A stretch of 64,000 nucleotides of DNA, from IMG/VR virus record IMGVR_UViG_2811995091_000080, positions 19,460-83,459 of that record. The stretch is one strand, 5' to 3'. A program made the position numbers and the translations under genes. The notes beneath the pieces were generated by a model that saw only the letters and a list, made by a program, of their open reading frames with translations, was not told the DNA's origin and searched no databases. The stretch comes from a virus. Lineage: Duplodnaviria; Caudoviricetes. Of the stretch, positions 53,823 to 63,139 are shown in pieces. Each line of letters begins with the position of its first letter. Position 1 is the first letter of the stretch.

Positions 53823-54440
53823 TCATAACAATATGGCGGAATCAAACTCTTTTTGCTTTATGCCTCTCGCTTTTATGCGGGAGTGGAGTTTGCCTCTCTC
53901 CGCCCCGACCTCCCTCGCAAGGGCGGCTAGGCTGAAGACTTTGCCGTTATGGTGAATGCGGTAGCAGAAGCGGCGATTGCCTTGCTGTACCTCAGGGGAC
54001 GCCCATCGGCAGTTGTCCGGCGAATAGTCCCCGTCCGGGTCAATCCTGTCTATGCTGTGCTTCTCGGAGGGCTTCGGCCCCATGTCGGAGCGAAAGTTTT
54101 CAAAGGTCGTCCATCGCTCGCAAACCGCTATGCCGCGACCGCCATAGCAATCATAGTAAGCCGTGTTCGGATTGTTGCAGCGGCTGAGAATGTGCCGCCA
54201 TGTGGCGTATTCTGGCGTTTTTGTCGCGCCATGCGTTTTGCGCCGCTTCCTAGCGCCTTCGGCCCGATGGCACCCGCAACTAACGGTTCGCTTCTGGCGC
54301 AAGGACTGAGCGAGGATTCTCTTCTTCTTGCCGCAATCACATCGGCAAGTCCAAAATACTCGCTTCTTGCGGTTGGGTGCTCGGTGCAAAACGACAAGTC
54401 GTCCGAAGCGCTGGCCTGTCAGGTCGGAAAGTATCGGCAT
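53823..54440 (-). CDS. HNH-type homing endonuclease (AP2-associated family), B-specific insertion
   Basis: DLTGQRFGRL, W.C.CDCG, SCGC, YGGRGI.VC.RW, SIDRID.DG.YSP.NCRWA. Confidence 0.85.
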   Translation of the reverse strand: MPILSDLTGQRFGRLVVLHRAPNRKKRVFWTCRCDCGKKKRILAQSLRQKRTVSCGCHRAEGARKRRKTHGATKTPEYATWRHILSRCNNPNTAYYDCYGGRGIAVCERWTTFENFRSDMGPKPSEKHSIDRIDPDGDYSPDNCRWASPEVQQGNRRFCYRIHHNGKVFSLAALAREVGAERGKLHSRIKARGIKQKEFDSAILL

Positions 54441-54495
54441 ACCCTTTTCATAAAAGAAATTGCTCGTCGCCACAAGGCTCTTCGGGAGGATTCTG

Positions 54496-55662
54496 TTGAA
54501 GATCGACCCTGAACTTTATTCGTATTGCACCGACCGCCAACGCGAGGTGCTTGAAGCTTACGAAGAACACGGCACCGGGCCTGCGGCTGCGGAGGCCCTA
54601 GGCGGCACCGACCGCACCTATCCCGACAAGGTGTTGCGCGACGTTCGCAAGAAGGCGGCTCGGGAGGGATATGCACCGGGACATTTCCAGGACGGCGTTG
54701 CCCCCGGCTACCTTATGGGCAAGGTTACGGTGCAGCGCGGCCCCGGCGGCGTTGAGCGCGTATGGGAGCGGCAGTCACCGGACCAAACCCGCGCACTTGA
54801 GGCGCTTAGGGAAGTAGTCGAAGGCATCCAGTCGGATATCGAGCCAGCGCCCCGGGTCAAGGCTCCGGCGGTTGCTAACTCGGACCTCTGTAACCTTTTC
54901 ACTTTCACGGATTACCATCTCGGAATGCTCGCTTGGCATCGCGAAGGCGGGCAGGATTGGGACCTCCAGATTGCCGAAAGCACTCTGCGCAAGGCGATGG
55001 CCGCAATGGTTTCGCAAAGCCCCATTGCGCACACGGCAGTGGTCAACATTCAGGGGGACTTCCTGCACACGGATGGCCTGACGCCAGTTACGCCTGGGCA
55101 TGGCAATGTCTTGGATGCTGACAGTCGTTTCCCGAAGATCCGCAAGGCGGCTATCCGCCTTATCCGCGAGCTTTGCCGGATGGCGCTGGAAACGCACATG
55201 GAAGTGCATCTTATCCTAGCGGAAGGCAACCACGATCAGGACAGCATGGGCTGGCTGGCTGACAGCTTCGCGGTCCTTTACGAAGATGAGCCGCGCTTGA
55301 CGGTCAACGACAGCAACCTCCCCTTCTACGTGGTGGAATGGGGCGAAACGATGATCGGCGTCCATCATGGGCACAAGGTCAAGAACGAACAGCTTCCGCT
55401 CTTGTTCGCGGCTCAATACGCGCAGGCGTGGGGCCGCACCCGCCGCCGTGAAATCCATTGCGGGCACCGGCACCATCGGGACGAAAAGGAATACAACGGC
55501 GTCACGGTTGTGCAGCATCCGACACTGGCGGCCCGGGATGCCTATGCAGCGCGCGGGGGCTGGATTGCCGACCGCGCGGCTCAGGCGATCACCTACCACA
55601 AGCGATACGGGCAAGTTGGCCGCGTTATGGTCTGCCCTGAAATGCTGGAGGAGGCGGCGTGA
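54496..55662 (+). CDS. Calcineurin-like metallophosphoesterase, copy B
   Basis: Same length as 9864..11030; 4 amino-acid differences by my reading. Confidence 0.85.
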   Translation: MKIDPELYSYCTDRQREVLEAYEEHGTGPAAAEALGGTDRTYPDKVLRDVRKKAAREGYAPGHFQDGVAPGYLMGKVTVQRGPGGVERVWERQSPDQTRALEALREVVEGIQSDIEPAPRVKAPAVANSDLCNLFTFTDYHLGMLAWHREGGQDWDLQIAESTLRKAMAAMVSQSPIAHTAVVNIQGDFLHTDGLTPVTPGHGNVLDADSRFPKIRKAAIRLIRELCRMALETHMEVHLILAEGNHDQDSMGWLADSFAVLYEDEPRLTVNDSNLPFYVVEWGETMIGVHHGHKVKNEQLPLLFAAQYAQAWGRTRRREIHCGHRHHRDEKEYNGVTVVQHPTLAARDAYAARGGWIADRAAQAITYHKRYGQVGRVMVCPEMLEEAA

Positions 55663-56347
55663 GCTGGACTCAAGGCGTCATGCTCCGCGAGGAGATGGAC
55701 GAGCAGATGATTGCGCGCCTTGAAGCGGCTTACACGCGGCAGACCGGCGAAGAGGCTAAGATCGAATTCCTGACTTGGTTCACGCTTGATGGCTCGGACG
55801 CGATTGCTCACTTCGACAGCCAGCGTGGCTTTAGGCTCGGGAGGGCGGCATGATTGCTCCCCTTCCCATTCCCGCCGCCCCTACGGCTGAAGAGGTCGCC
55901 CGCAATATCGAGCAGCGGATCGCGCGGTCGGTAGAAAAGGCACTGGTCGAACGTGACCGCCAGTTGAGAGGTGCGCCATGATACCCTCTATTTTCGACAT
56001 TGGCGTAGATGCAGCGGACTACGTTGCCCCCTACCCTGTCACCTATAGCAATTGGGATTTGTGCGAGGGGCTTCCCGACGAGGAATTGACGGTGGTTTTC
56101 GAGCCGGACTTCTGCGCCAAGCTGCCGGAGGAATGCCCCGAAATGCTGGTGGTGGACGAAGGCGACTTTGGCGATGAATAGCGCCGCGCAAGCCCTCCGC
56201 GATGCTGCCGATTGCGTGGCCGCGAGCGCCATTGGCGAGATCAAGTCCGACGAGGTTAAGCTAATCGCCTACCACATCAAGCGCCTGTGTGGCGGCGGGG
56301 ATGTTGGCGAGGAAACCCGTCTCCTAATCAGGATACTAGAGCGATGA
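55659..56347 (+). other. Small gene string: 55659..55853 (B-specific), 55850..55981 (43 aa), 55978..56181 (acidic), 56174..56347 (57 aa)
   Basis: Coupled ORFs; the last three are orthologous to copy A. Confidence 0.65.
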
Positions 56348-57009
56348 ACCGCACTCATATTTTCAACGCTGTGCGCGAGATACTCAAAGGCCGCGACCGC
56401 AAGCCCGTGTTCCGCCAATTCGAGGTTGACGCACTGGACGCTGCGATTGACGCGGCCATGCGCGAGACTGGCGAGCAACTTGCGACCGAAAGCCGGGGCG
56501 CTGATGCATTCGACCGCGCCTTGCCTATCCTGCTGGCTCAGGAGGGCGGCTATGTTAATCATCCGTCAGATCCCGGCGGCAGAACCAACCTAGGCGTCAC
56601 TCAGAACACTTGGGAGGCGTGGACGGGCCACAAGGCTACGGAAGCGGAAATGCGCGGGCTGTCGGTGTCCGATGTAGCGCCCCTCTATCGCGCCCGGTAT
56701 TGGGACGCTGTGCGAGGCGATGACCTCCCGCCTGGAATCGCGCTGTCGGTGTTTGACTTCGGCGTTAACGCTGGTCCTGCCCGCGCCATCCGATATTTGC
56801 AGATCGCGGTGGGCGCTACGCCTGACGGAAAGATTGGCCCCAAGACGCTGGCGCGGGTGAATGAGCGCACCGACGCGGACCTAGTGCGGGAGTATGCCGA
56901 GCATCGCCGCAGCTACTATCGCCGCCTCAAGACCTTTAGCGTGTTTGGCAAGGGCTGGCTGCGGCGTGTGGGCCATATCGAGGCGGAAGCACTCAAACTC
57001 GCAACCTAG
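56344..57009 (+). CDS. Endolysin, glycosyl hydrolase 108 family with C-terminal peptidoglycan-binding domain, copy B
   Basis: EGGYVNHPSDPGG.TN.GVT, YWD, FDFGVNAG, FGKGWLRR. Confidence 0.92.
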   Translation: MNRTHIFNAVREILKGRDRKPVFRQFEVDALDAAIDAAMRETGEQLATESRGADAFDRALPILLAQEGGYVNHPSDPGGRTNLGVTQNTWEAWTGHKATEAEMRGLSVSDVAPLYRARYWDAVRGDDLPPGIALSVFDFGVNAGPARAIRYLQIAVGATPDGKIGPKTLARVNERTDADLVREYAEHRRSYYRRLKTFSVFGKGWLRRVGHIEAEALKLAT

Positions 57010-57018
57010 GGGGATGCC

Positions 57019-57135
57019 ATGAAGGGCGGATTATTCGTGGGCGGTATGAGCATTGCCGCTACAGGGAATATAGCCGCCTTTTGGTGTGCCGCTGTCTCGG
57101 TGGGATTGGTTATTGCTTGGCGGGTGGCGAGTTAG
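57019..57135 (+). CDS. 38-aa hydrophobic micro-protein, copy B
   Basis: MKGGLFVGGMSIAATGNIAAFWCAAVSVGLVIAWRVAS; orthologue of 12544..12660. Confidence 0.6.
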   Translation: MKGGLFVGGMSIAATGNIAAFWCAAVSVGLVIAWRVAS

Positions 57136-58022
57136 TGGCGCTGTTGGCGCGATGCCGCTCCAGCCTTTCCAGTGCTTCGTCTTCAGCGTCGATCCGGCTC
57201 CAACCCTGCCGCCGCAGTCCATCCACTACGCTGTCGTAAAAACTCTGCTCGTTATCAGGCAAGAATTTACCTTCACTCATCCTTCACTCGCTTTCTTCCG
57301 CTTATGCAGACGGTCCATGATCTTGCGCCTCTCTGCTCGGAGAGGGCTTAGGGCAGTAAGGGCAGCGTCTATCTCTGCCAGCCTACGCTTCTCTGTTGGG
57401 GTGGCGTAGTCGAGGGGGTTAGGCATCGGGTGCCTTCGGTAGGGGCATCCAGTGCGACGGCGTGTCGGCGTGCATTCCATTGCAGGGCACGCGGTCTTCG
57501 CTCTCCATATCGCAGCAACCCGTGGGCGTTAGGTCGAAGTCTTCGACGAACCGCCATTTAAAGGTCGGCTCGCTGTCTTCCCACCAGCCTACGCTTACGC
57601 CGTGTGACGCGGCCAGAATAACAGCCCGCCCGTCCTTCGGCGCGGTATCAATCGGCTGCCAGTCCATACTCAATCTCCTTTGTCGGTGGCGTGGGGGTTA
57701 GTTGTTGCGTCCGCCGTCGATTACCTTGAGCGGGACGAGGCGACTTTTGCCGTCGCCCATGGGGATTGCCCGAACCCGCCCTTCATCAAACCACTTATCA
57801 ATATCACGGCTTTCGTCGTAACTGTCGCACCCATCCCACAGGCAGCCCCGCCATTGCTCGTCTTCATCTGGCGTAGGCGACGGACACACCGAGAAAACCT
57901 CCCCGCAGCTTTCGCAGCGATATTTCGCAACGGGAGTGCCGTATTCGTTGAGGGTCTCACCAATCCTGCTCATCACAACTTCCTTTCTCCACACATAATA
58001 CAGAACCGCGCCCGCAAAGCAA
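57135..58022 (-). other. Leftward operon in lysis region B: promoter 57995..58022, Cys-rich gene 57698..57973, DUF551-like 57419..57667, shared gene 57277..~57426
   Basis: CESC/C..GC motifs; 'WQPIDTAPKDG...PSHWMPLPKAP' is DUF551-like. Confidence 0.65.
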
Positions 58023-58068
58023 GCGGAAAACGTCATTTATTTGCTGGACAGAGGCAACGGAACATGCC

Positions 58069-58284
58069 ATGAACAAAACACCATGCGAGACGCCGTTTTT
58101 CCAATGGCTCGACAAGCTGAACCGCCCCGTCACGCGCTGGGGGTTTTCCATCGTGGCGGTCGCATACGGAGCGCGGGCTGTGCTGGGTGCTGACTTTGAC
58201 CCGATGGCCTTTGCCGCATTGGTCGCCCCCGCTGGCTTTACCTACTGGCGGCGCGGTGATGAGAAGCTGAAAGGAATTGAGTGA
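58069..58284 (+). CDS. Holin-like 2-TM protein, copy B
   Basis: Same slot as 13465..13704 but not similar in sequence. Confidence 0.55.
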   Translation: MNKTPCETPFFQWLDKLNRPVTRWGFSIVAVAYGARAVLGADFDPMAFAALVAPAGFTYWRRGDEKLKGIE

Positions 58285-58544
58285 TGCCTAGGACTGCGAA
58301 GCGGGTATCCTACTTGTGGAACAAAGAGGCGGCAGAGCGCGCGGAAAGAAACGGGACGGGCTTCACTGCAAAGCAAAACGCAAGGGCCAACAAACTGGCG
58401 GTCCAAATCCTTATGCCCGCCACGCAGATCAAAGAGCATCTGGCGGCAGGGAGGACGGTCAAGGAACTTGCGGAGATGTATCAGGTCGCTGAAGCAGCGA
58501 TGGAAATCCGCGTTCGGGGCCTAATCGAAGGGACGCGCACCTGA
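58284..58544 (+). CDS. ImmA/IrrE C-terminal-like protein lacking HExxH
   Basis: 'RANKLAVQILMP' and 'LAEMYQVAEAAMEIR' match the C-terminal half of IrrE/ImmA proteins. Confidence 0.55.
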   Translation: MPRTAKRVSYLWNKEAAERAERNGTGFTAKQNARANKLAVQILMPATQIKEHLAAGRTVKELAEMYQVAEAAMEIRVRGLIEGTRT

Positions 58545-58686
58545 TGCCCCTCGGCAGCATAGATGGCGGCTTTATCCTCCGCGCTATCTGGCGGCGCTTC
58601 AAGGCGTGGTGGCAGGCAGACACGGGTGGTTGGCCCACGGCAGCTGTCCTGTTGGCGTCCGCCCTGTTCGTGGCGGCCATGCTGTC

Positions 58687-59004
58687 ATGATCGCAGCATG
58701 GCTTGGAACGAAGGCGCTTGGCCTACATCGGTGGGTCTGGCTGCTTGCCCTCCTGGCGGCAATCGTCGGCGGCATTCTGTGGCTACAGGCCCGCGAAGAT
58801 GCGGACGACAAGGACAACCAAGAGATCGGCGCAAAGGTCCAGCGCGAAGGCGACCTGCGCAAGACCATCGAACGGGCGGAGACAGCCAATGAAGCGCGTG
58901 ACGACATTAGCCGCAATCGGGATAACGCTCGCTATGACCAGTGCGTGCGGACAGCCCGAACCCCTGCGAACTGTGAGCGACTGCGTGTCATTCAAGAGGA
59001 TTAG
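58687..59004 (+). CDS. i-spanin, copy B
   Basis: Orthologue of 13903..14190. Confidence 0.75.
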   Translation: MIAAWLGTKALGLHRWVWLLALLAAIVGGILWLQAREDADDKDNQEIGAKVQREGDLRKTIERAETANEARDDISRNRDNARYDQCVRTARTPANCERLRVIQED

Positions 59005-59122
59005 CGCAGAGCCGCATCCCGTTGGGCCTAACGCGGACGATCCCGGCAACATGTTCGACACCGAGCAGACCTTTGGCGAGGTGCTGGCGCATAACGAGGT
59101 CTATGACCGGCTGTGTGGCTAA
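58889..59122 (+). CDS. o-spanin lipoprotein, copy B
   Basis: Lipobox TSAC; overlapping frame; shares DDPGN and HN...CG with A. Confidence 0.75.
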   Translation: MKRVTTLAAIGITLAMTSACGQPEPLRTVSDCVSFKRISAEPHPVGPNADDPGNMFDTEQTFGEVLAHNEVYDRLCG

Positions 59123-59182
59123 CCGACCACCGCCCCAATCACCCCCACGATAAGCCCCAGACCGATAAGCACCTGGACTGGC

Positions 59183-60452
59183 TTAGGTAGGCGCATTGGA
59201 TGCCTCGATCATGGCGCGGTAGGTGCGAGCGAGGCTTTCGCTCCCGTCATCATCGTAGAATGCGGCGTCGCCAGCCTCCACCATAGCCTCCGTGGGCACA
59301 GCACGCACCACAACGAACCCGGCTTGCTTGATTGCTGCTAGGGCGGCGTCGGCATTGCGCGGGTAGCCTTCACTGTTCGGGATGGTTTCTCGGCTCTTCA
59401 CCTCCGGCCATCCGCCTGCCTTGCGATCATCGTTCAGCAGAGCAAGCGCTATCACTTCCCTAAGATCATCCATGTTTGCTGTCCTCCTTGTGGTGGTCGA
59501 GGCGTTCGATGCACTCTGCGGCAGCGCGCCAATATTCATATTCCCTGCCGATTGAAGAGAAGCGCGGCCCACCCGACTCTTTCCGCAGCCATTCGACAAT
59601 CGCCGCCCGCTCCCGTTCTGCCTCAGTCATGGCTGGTGTCCTCGTCATTTGCGTGGGTCGATGATCTGGAGGGCCACACTCTTGAGTGCCTCGACCACAT
59701 CGGGCCGTTCCTCGTTCACAAGTGCTCCGTAGATCACATGATAGCAGCGGTCGCGTTCTTCATTGCGAGTATCGCAAATGCGCTTGAACCACGTGATTGA
59801 CTGCATCGCCTCGTCGCTGGTCTGTTTATCTGACATTAGTGTCTCCTGTGGCTAGGCGGGCAAGGGCGGCTTTGCTTGCGCGCATCATCGCCCTGCGTTG
59901 CTGGCGCGTGGTCGGGTATGGCGGGCCAAGCGGCGAGCGGTAGCGGCGGGGCTTCGGCTTCTTTCTCGGCAGATTGAGCGTCATTGCCGCGCCAGCCAGT
60001 GCCATGCGATGCAGCATTTACTCATCCCCCTCCAATTCGTAGCCTTGGCGTTTCGCCTGCTCCTTCACGATCTCGGGAAGGCAAGCGAGGAACAAAGCCT
60101 CGCTTGCGAATGCCGCCAGCATATTGCGGTTGTCAGCGGTCCAGGCTTCCCAAGGGCAAACAGCGCGGCGGTTGAACTCGGCGGTGACGAACTGCGCCAT
60201 CATCTATTCTCCTTCACTACTGGCTAGGCGGATGAACTCGACCGCGTGCAGCGGCGCTTCATAAACTGCGCCCTCGTAGGTGACGCGTATCCACGGCTGA
60301 TCGCAGTGCATCCCATTATGGGCGATGCGCTCGAACTTGGCCCCCGCCAACCTGTCGAACCGCCTGTCAACGGACGCGAGCTTGACCGCCTCGATTGTGC
60401 GGGTGTCCTTTTCCCAGATGCAGGGGAACTGGTTTTCCGGTTTACAGTCCAT
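59183..60452 (-). other. Six small leftward genes between spanins and attP B
   Basis: Coupled ORFs; junction sequences shared with 14717..15371. Confidence 0.55.
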
Positions 60453-60620
60453 CGGTAAGTCCTTGAGCAGTAAAGGCCGACACGGGCCGTTCGCTACCGC
60501 CAAGTGACTGTTCTGCCGAAAATACCGTTTGATTTGTAATCATCAGGTCATCCGTTCGAATCGGATAGTCGGCACCGCAAAACAGGGACTTAGCGACGGC
60601 TTGCTTTAGCGGTTTACACC
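60438..60620. other. attP-like site B: 3' half of tRNA-Thr(TGT) at 60533..60576 with CGGTTTACA repeats at 60438 and 60610
   Basis: TT-TGT-AA loop, TCATC, AGGTC, ATCCG-TTCGAAT-CGGAT, AGTCGGC-ACC; no 5' half; abuts integrase B stop. Confidence 0.85.
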
Positions 60621-61634
60621 CTACCCAGTAACGGATGGCCCCGCAAGGCGCACCGCTCGGGCTTTCGCAACCCGCGCCCGGTCCACATATCGAGCGCGAA
60701 TTGATGCGACGCGCTCGGCTGTCCAACCGATAACGTCTGCAATCTCGCTGTCCGAAAAGCCCGCTATCGCAAGCCGCGTGACAAAGGTGCCGCGCAGGTC
60801 GTGAAACTTGCGGTCGAAGCCCTCGGGCATTGCCTTGCGCCAGGACGACTGGAACCCACTTGAGGTCCACGGCTGCGCCCTGCTGTTCAACAGGACACGC
60901 CCCTTCCCCGGACCCATCAATGCCCGCGCCAGCTCGTCGTGCATCGGTATAACCGCCTCCCCGCCCGTCTTGGCGGTCGTGGTCGCTATATATGCCGGGT
61001 GTATCTGCTCCCATCGCAGGTTGAGCAAATCCCCTTGCCGAAGCCCGGTAAGGCTGGCGAGGACAAGCGCCCGCTTTATGTGCGGCGCTATGTCCTTCAC
61101 CGCTTGCCAGTGGCGCGGCTCCCATATCAGGTCCGCCCGGTTCGTCTTGTGCAGGTGTTTGATGCCCTTGGCGGCGTTCTGCGACACCAGCCCACGGTCG
61201 TATGCCCAGCCAAGCACGGTTGCCAGCGTCCCGATTGCTCGATCTGCAGCGCGCGGCGTGTCGGCCATGCTGTCCCGCCATGCCACCAGCGTTGCCCGCG
61301 CATCCGGTGCGTTGAATGCGCGGATGGGGGCCATGCCCCACTTCTTCGAGATACGGTCTAGCCATATTCGGTAGTCCCGCTGCGTTCCCGGCTTGAGCTT
61401 GGCGAAGTCGGGGCTTTGCCGATAGAGGTTGAGTATGCGGTCAAACCCGTCCGGTGATCCCCGCTCGCGTCGGGCAGCATAGGCAAGATCGAGCAGGGCA
61501 GGCGTAATTGCGGGCTTAGCGCCATCCTGAACATGGATACGCGGCCCGCCTCGGTATGCATAGACGAACCAGCGATCCTCACCGCTGGCCAGCCTTTTGC
61601 GGACTATGTGAAGGCCGGTCGAGATAGTCGGCAA
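60621..61634 (-). CDS. int: Tyrosine integrase B (different subfamily from A)
   Basis: TGLRQGD, KT, FHDLRGT, IGW, RY catalytic motifs. Confidence 0.93.
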   Translation of the reverse strand: MPTISTGLHIVRKRLASGEDRWFVYAYRGGPRIHVQDGAKPAITPALLDLAYAARRERGSPDGFDRILNLYRQSPDFAKLKPGTQRDYRIWLDRISKKWGMAPIRAFNAPDARATLVAWRDSMADTPRAADRAIGTLATVLGWAYDRGLVSQNAAKGIKHLHKTNRADLIWEPRHWQAVKDIAPHIKRALVLASLTGLRQGDLLNLRWEQIHPAYIATTTAKTGGEAVIPMHDELARALMGPGKGRVLLNSRAQPWTSSGFQSSWRKAMPEGFDRKFHDLRGTFVTRLAIAGFSDSEIADVIGWTAERVASIRARYVDRARVAKARAVRLAGPSVTG

Positions 61635-61791
61635 GGGAATCGCCCGCGTTCGAGTTGGCTGGCGGCGAAACCTTTACGTAGTCGGGGCCAATGTCAACGC
61701 CACACCGGGCCACGTCTATGCCCTGCTCGCGCAGGAACTCGAACATTTCCTTCACTTGGGCAACGGGGACAAGGCGGCGGGGCGCGGTCAC
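61579..61791 (-). CDS. Excisionase-position small protein, copy B
   Basis: Overlaps int B start; shares only MTAP with xis A. Confidence 0.5.
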   Translation of the reverse strand: MTAPRRLVPVAQVKEMFEFLREQGIDVARCGVDIGPDYVKVSPPANSNAGDSLADYLDRPSHSPQKAGQR

Positions 61792-61792
61792 A

Positions 61793-62558
61793 TTACTCTC
61801 CGTTGAGGTGCTTGCGGACGGCGAGGCCGGTTTCGTTCAACTGCGCCGAAAGATACCATTCCGTGCCAACCGGCTTGTCGGCCTGTGCGGAGCCGAGCCA
61901 TTCTTTCCTCCCGTAGTAGACCGGATAGTGGTAGCCGAGTTCGTATTCGTCGGGTTCCATCTGCACATAGAGCGGCGGCATCGCATCCCACTGTTCCGGC
62001 GAAAGCGAGGTGGGTATCGTGGGCATCGCCAGCACCCAGTCCCGCTGCGCCTCGGTCAGCTTCCCGGCTATTTCAGCGATCCTCTTATCCATTGTGGGCC
62101 TCCTGGGCGCGGAGGGTATCAATGTGCGCGTCAATATTCGTAATGGGTTCGGCACTTTCGAGCGCATCGGCAATGTCGAGGTGCAGTTGCGCCCGATCCT
62201 CACCGCTCGTTTTAGCCCCATCCGGACCATAATCGACGTGCATAAATTTGATGCCCTTCGATGACCACATGCGCTCAACTTCGCGCGCCTTCGGCCCCAG
62301 CATCGGCAGGATGTGTTCAAGCCGGTTGGCAAGTTGCTTCGCAGTATCGCGCCAAGCATCCCGTTCTCCCTCCAGCGCCTCGATCCGCTCGGCCAGCTTT
62401 GTTGTGTCGGTCATTGTGTTACTCCGGTTGGGGGTGGGACCATATCGAATAGTCAGGCTCGGGCGCGGCGCAGTGGCGGTGGACCATCGGGTTTACCTCC
62501 CGCCCCGTCGATGTCGGCTTGCAGATGTTCCGAAGGCTTTGCCCCTCCTCGGTCTGTC
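61793..62558 (-). other. Small early-left genes B (61793..62092, 62085..62414, 62419..~62568)
   Basis: Termini shared with copy A genes, cores different. Confidence 0.55.
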
Positions 62559-62560
62559 GG

Positions 62561-63139
62561 CTATTCATCAACGCCTCCTTTGAGTGCGCGGATGGTGGCG
62601 GCACATTCGCGGGCCTCTTTCCATGCAGCTTGTCGGCGGGGTCCTTGGTCTTGGTCGCCGTGATAGCTGGCGCGCTGGTCAATTTTCTTCGCAGCCTCTT
62701 CCAGCACTACATCCCTATCGGAGAGGGCGGCGAGGGCATCGGCTGCTCTATTCAGCGCAAGCGCGGCCCCATTCCATGCACCGACTGCACAGCCTTCGGA
62801 CGGCCCGCTCGGACCGCTGGCCGCGCAATCTGGGTTGCTACAGGCGATGCGAAAGTTTGTGCCTGTAGGCTCAAGATAAGGCTCGGTATCACCACAAAAC
62901 GGGCACGGAACCAACTCCCCCACCAGCGCGCTATCGGCCTTTGAGGCGGTGCGGGACACGCGCAAGACTTCGCCAGCCTTAAGCATGAAGCACGTCGGGC
63001 AGAGGACGCCGCCGGGATCATCCGTTGCCCCATCACCGCCCATGACGGCGTTCCACAGTTCATTGTCGGCGAACCATATCGGGTTCGGGTGGCCGCAATC
63101 GGCCTTGTCGCCGGGGCCGCTAATGTCATCCGCCATCAT
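62561..63139 (-). CDS. Protein with Lar-like (restriction alleviation) zinc finger
   Basis: LVPCPFCG...IACSNPDCAASGP...AVGAWN, plus an N-terminal CGH...CPTC motif; ATG 63139. Confidence 0.6.
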   Translation of the reverse strand: MMADDISGPGDKADCGHPNPIWFADNELWNAVMGGDGATDDPGGVLCPTCFMLKAGEVLRVSRTASKADSALVGELVPCPFCGDTEPYLEPTGTNFRIACSNPDCAASGPSGPSEGCAVGAWNGAALALNRAADALAALSDRDVVLEEAAKKIDQRASYHGDQDQGPRRQAAWKEARECAATIRALKGGVDE

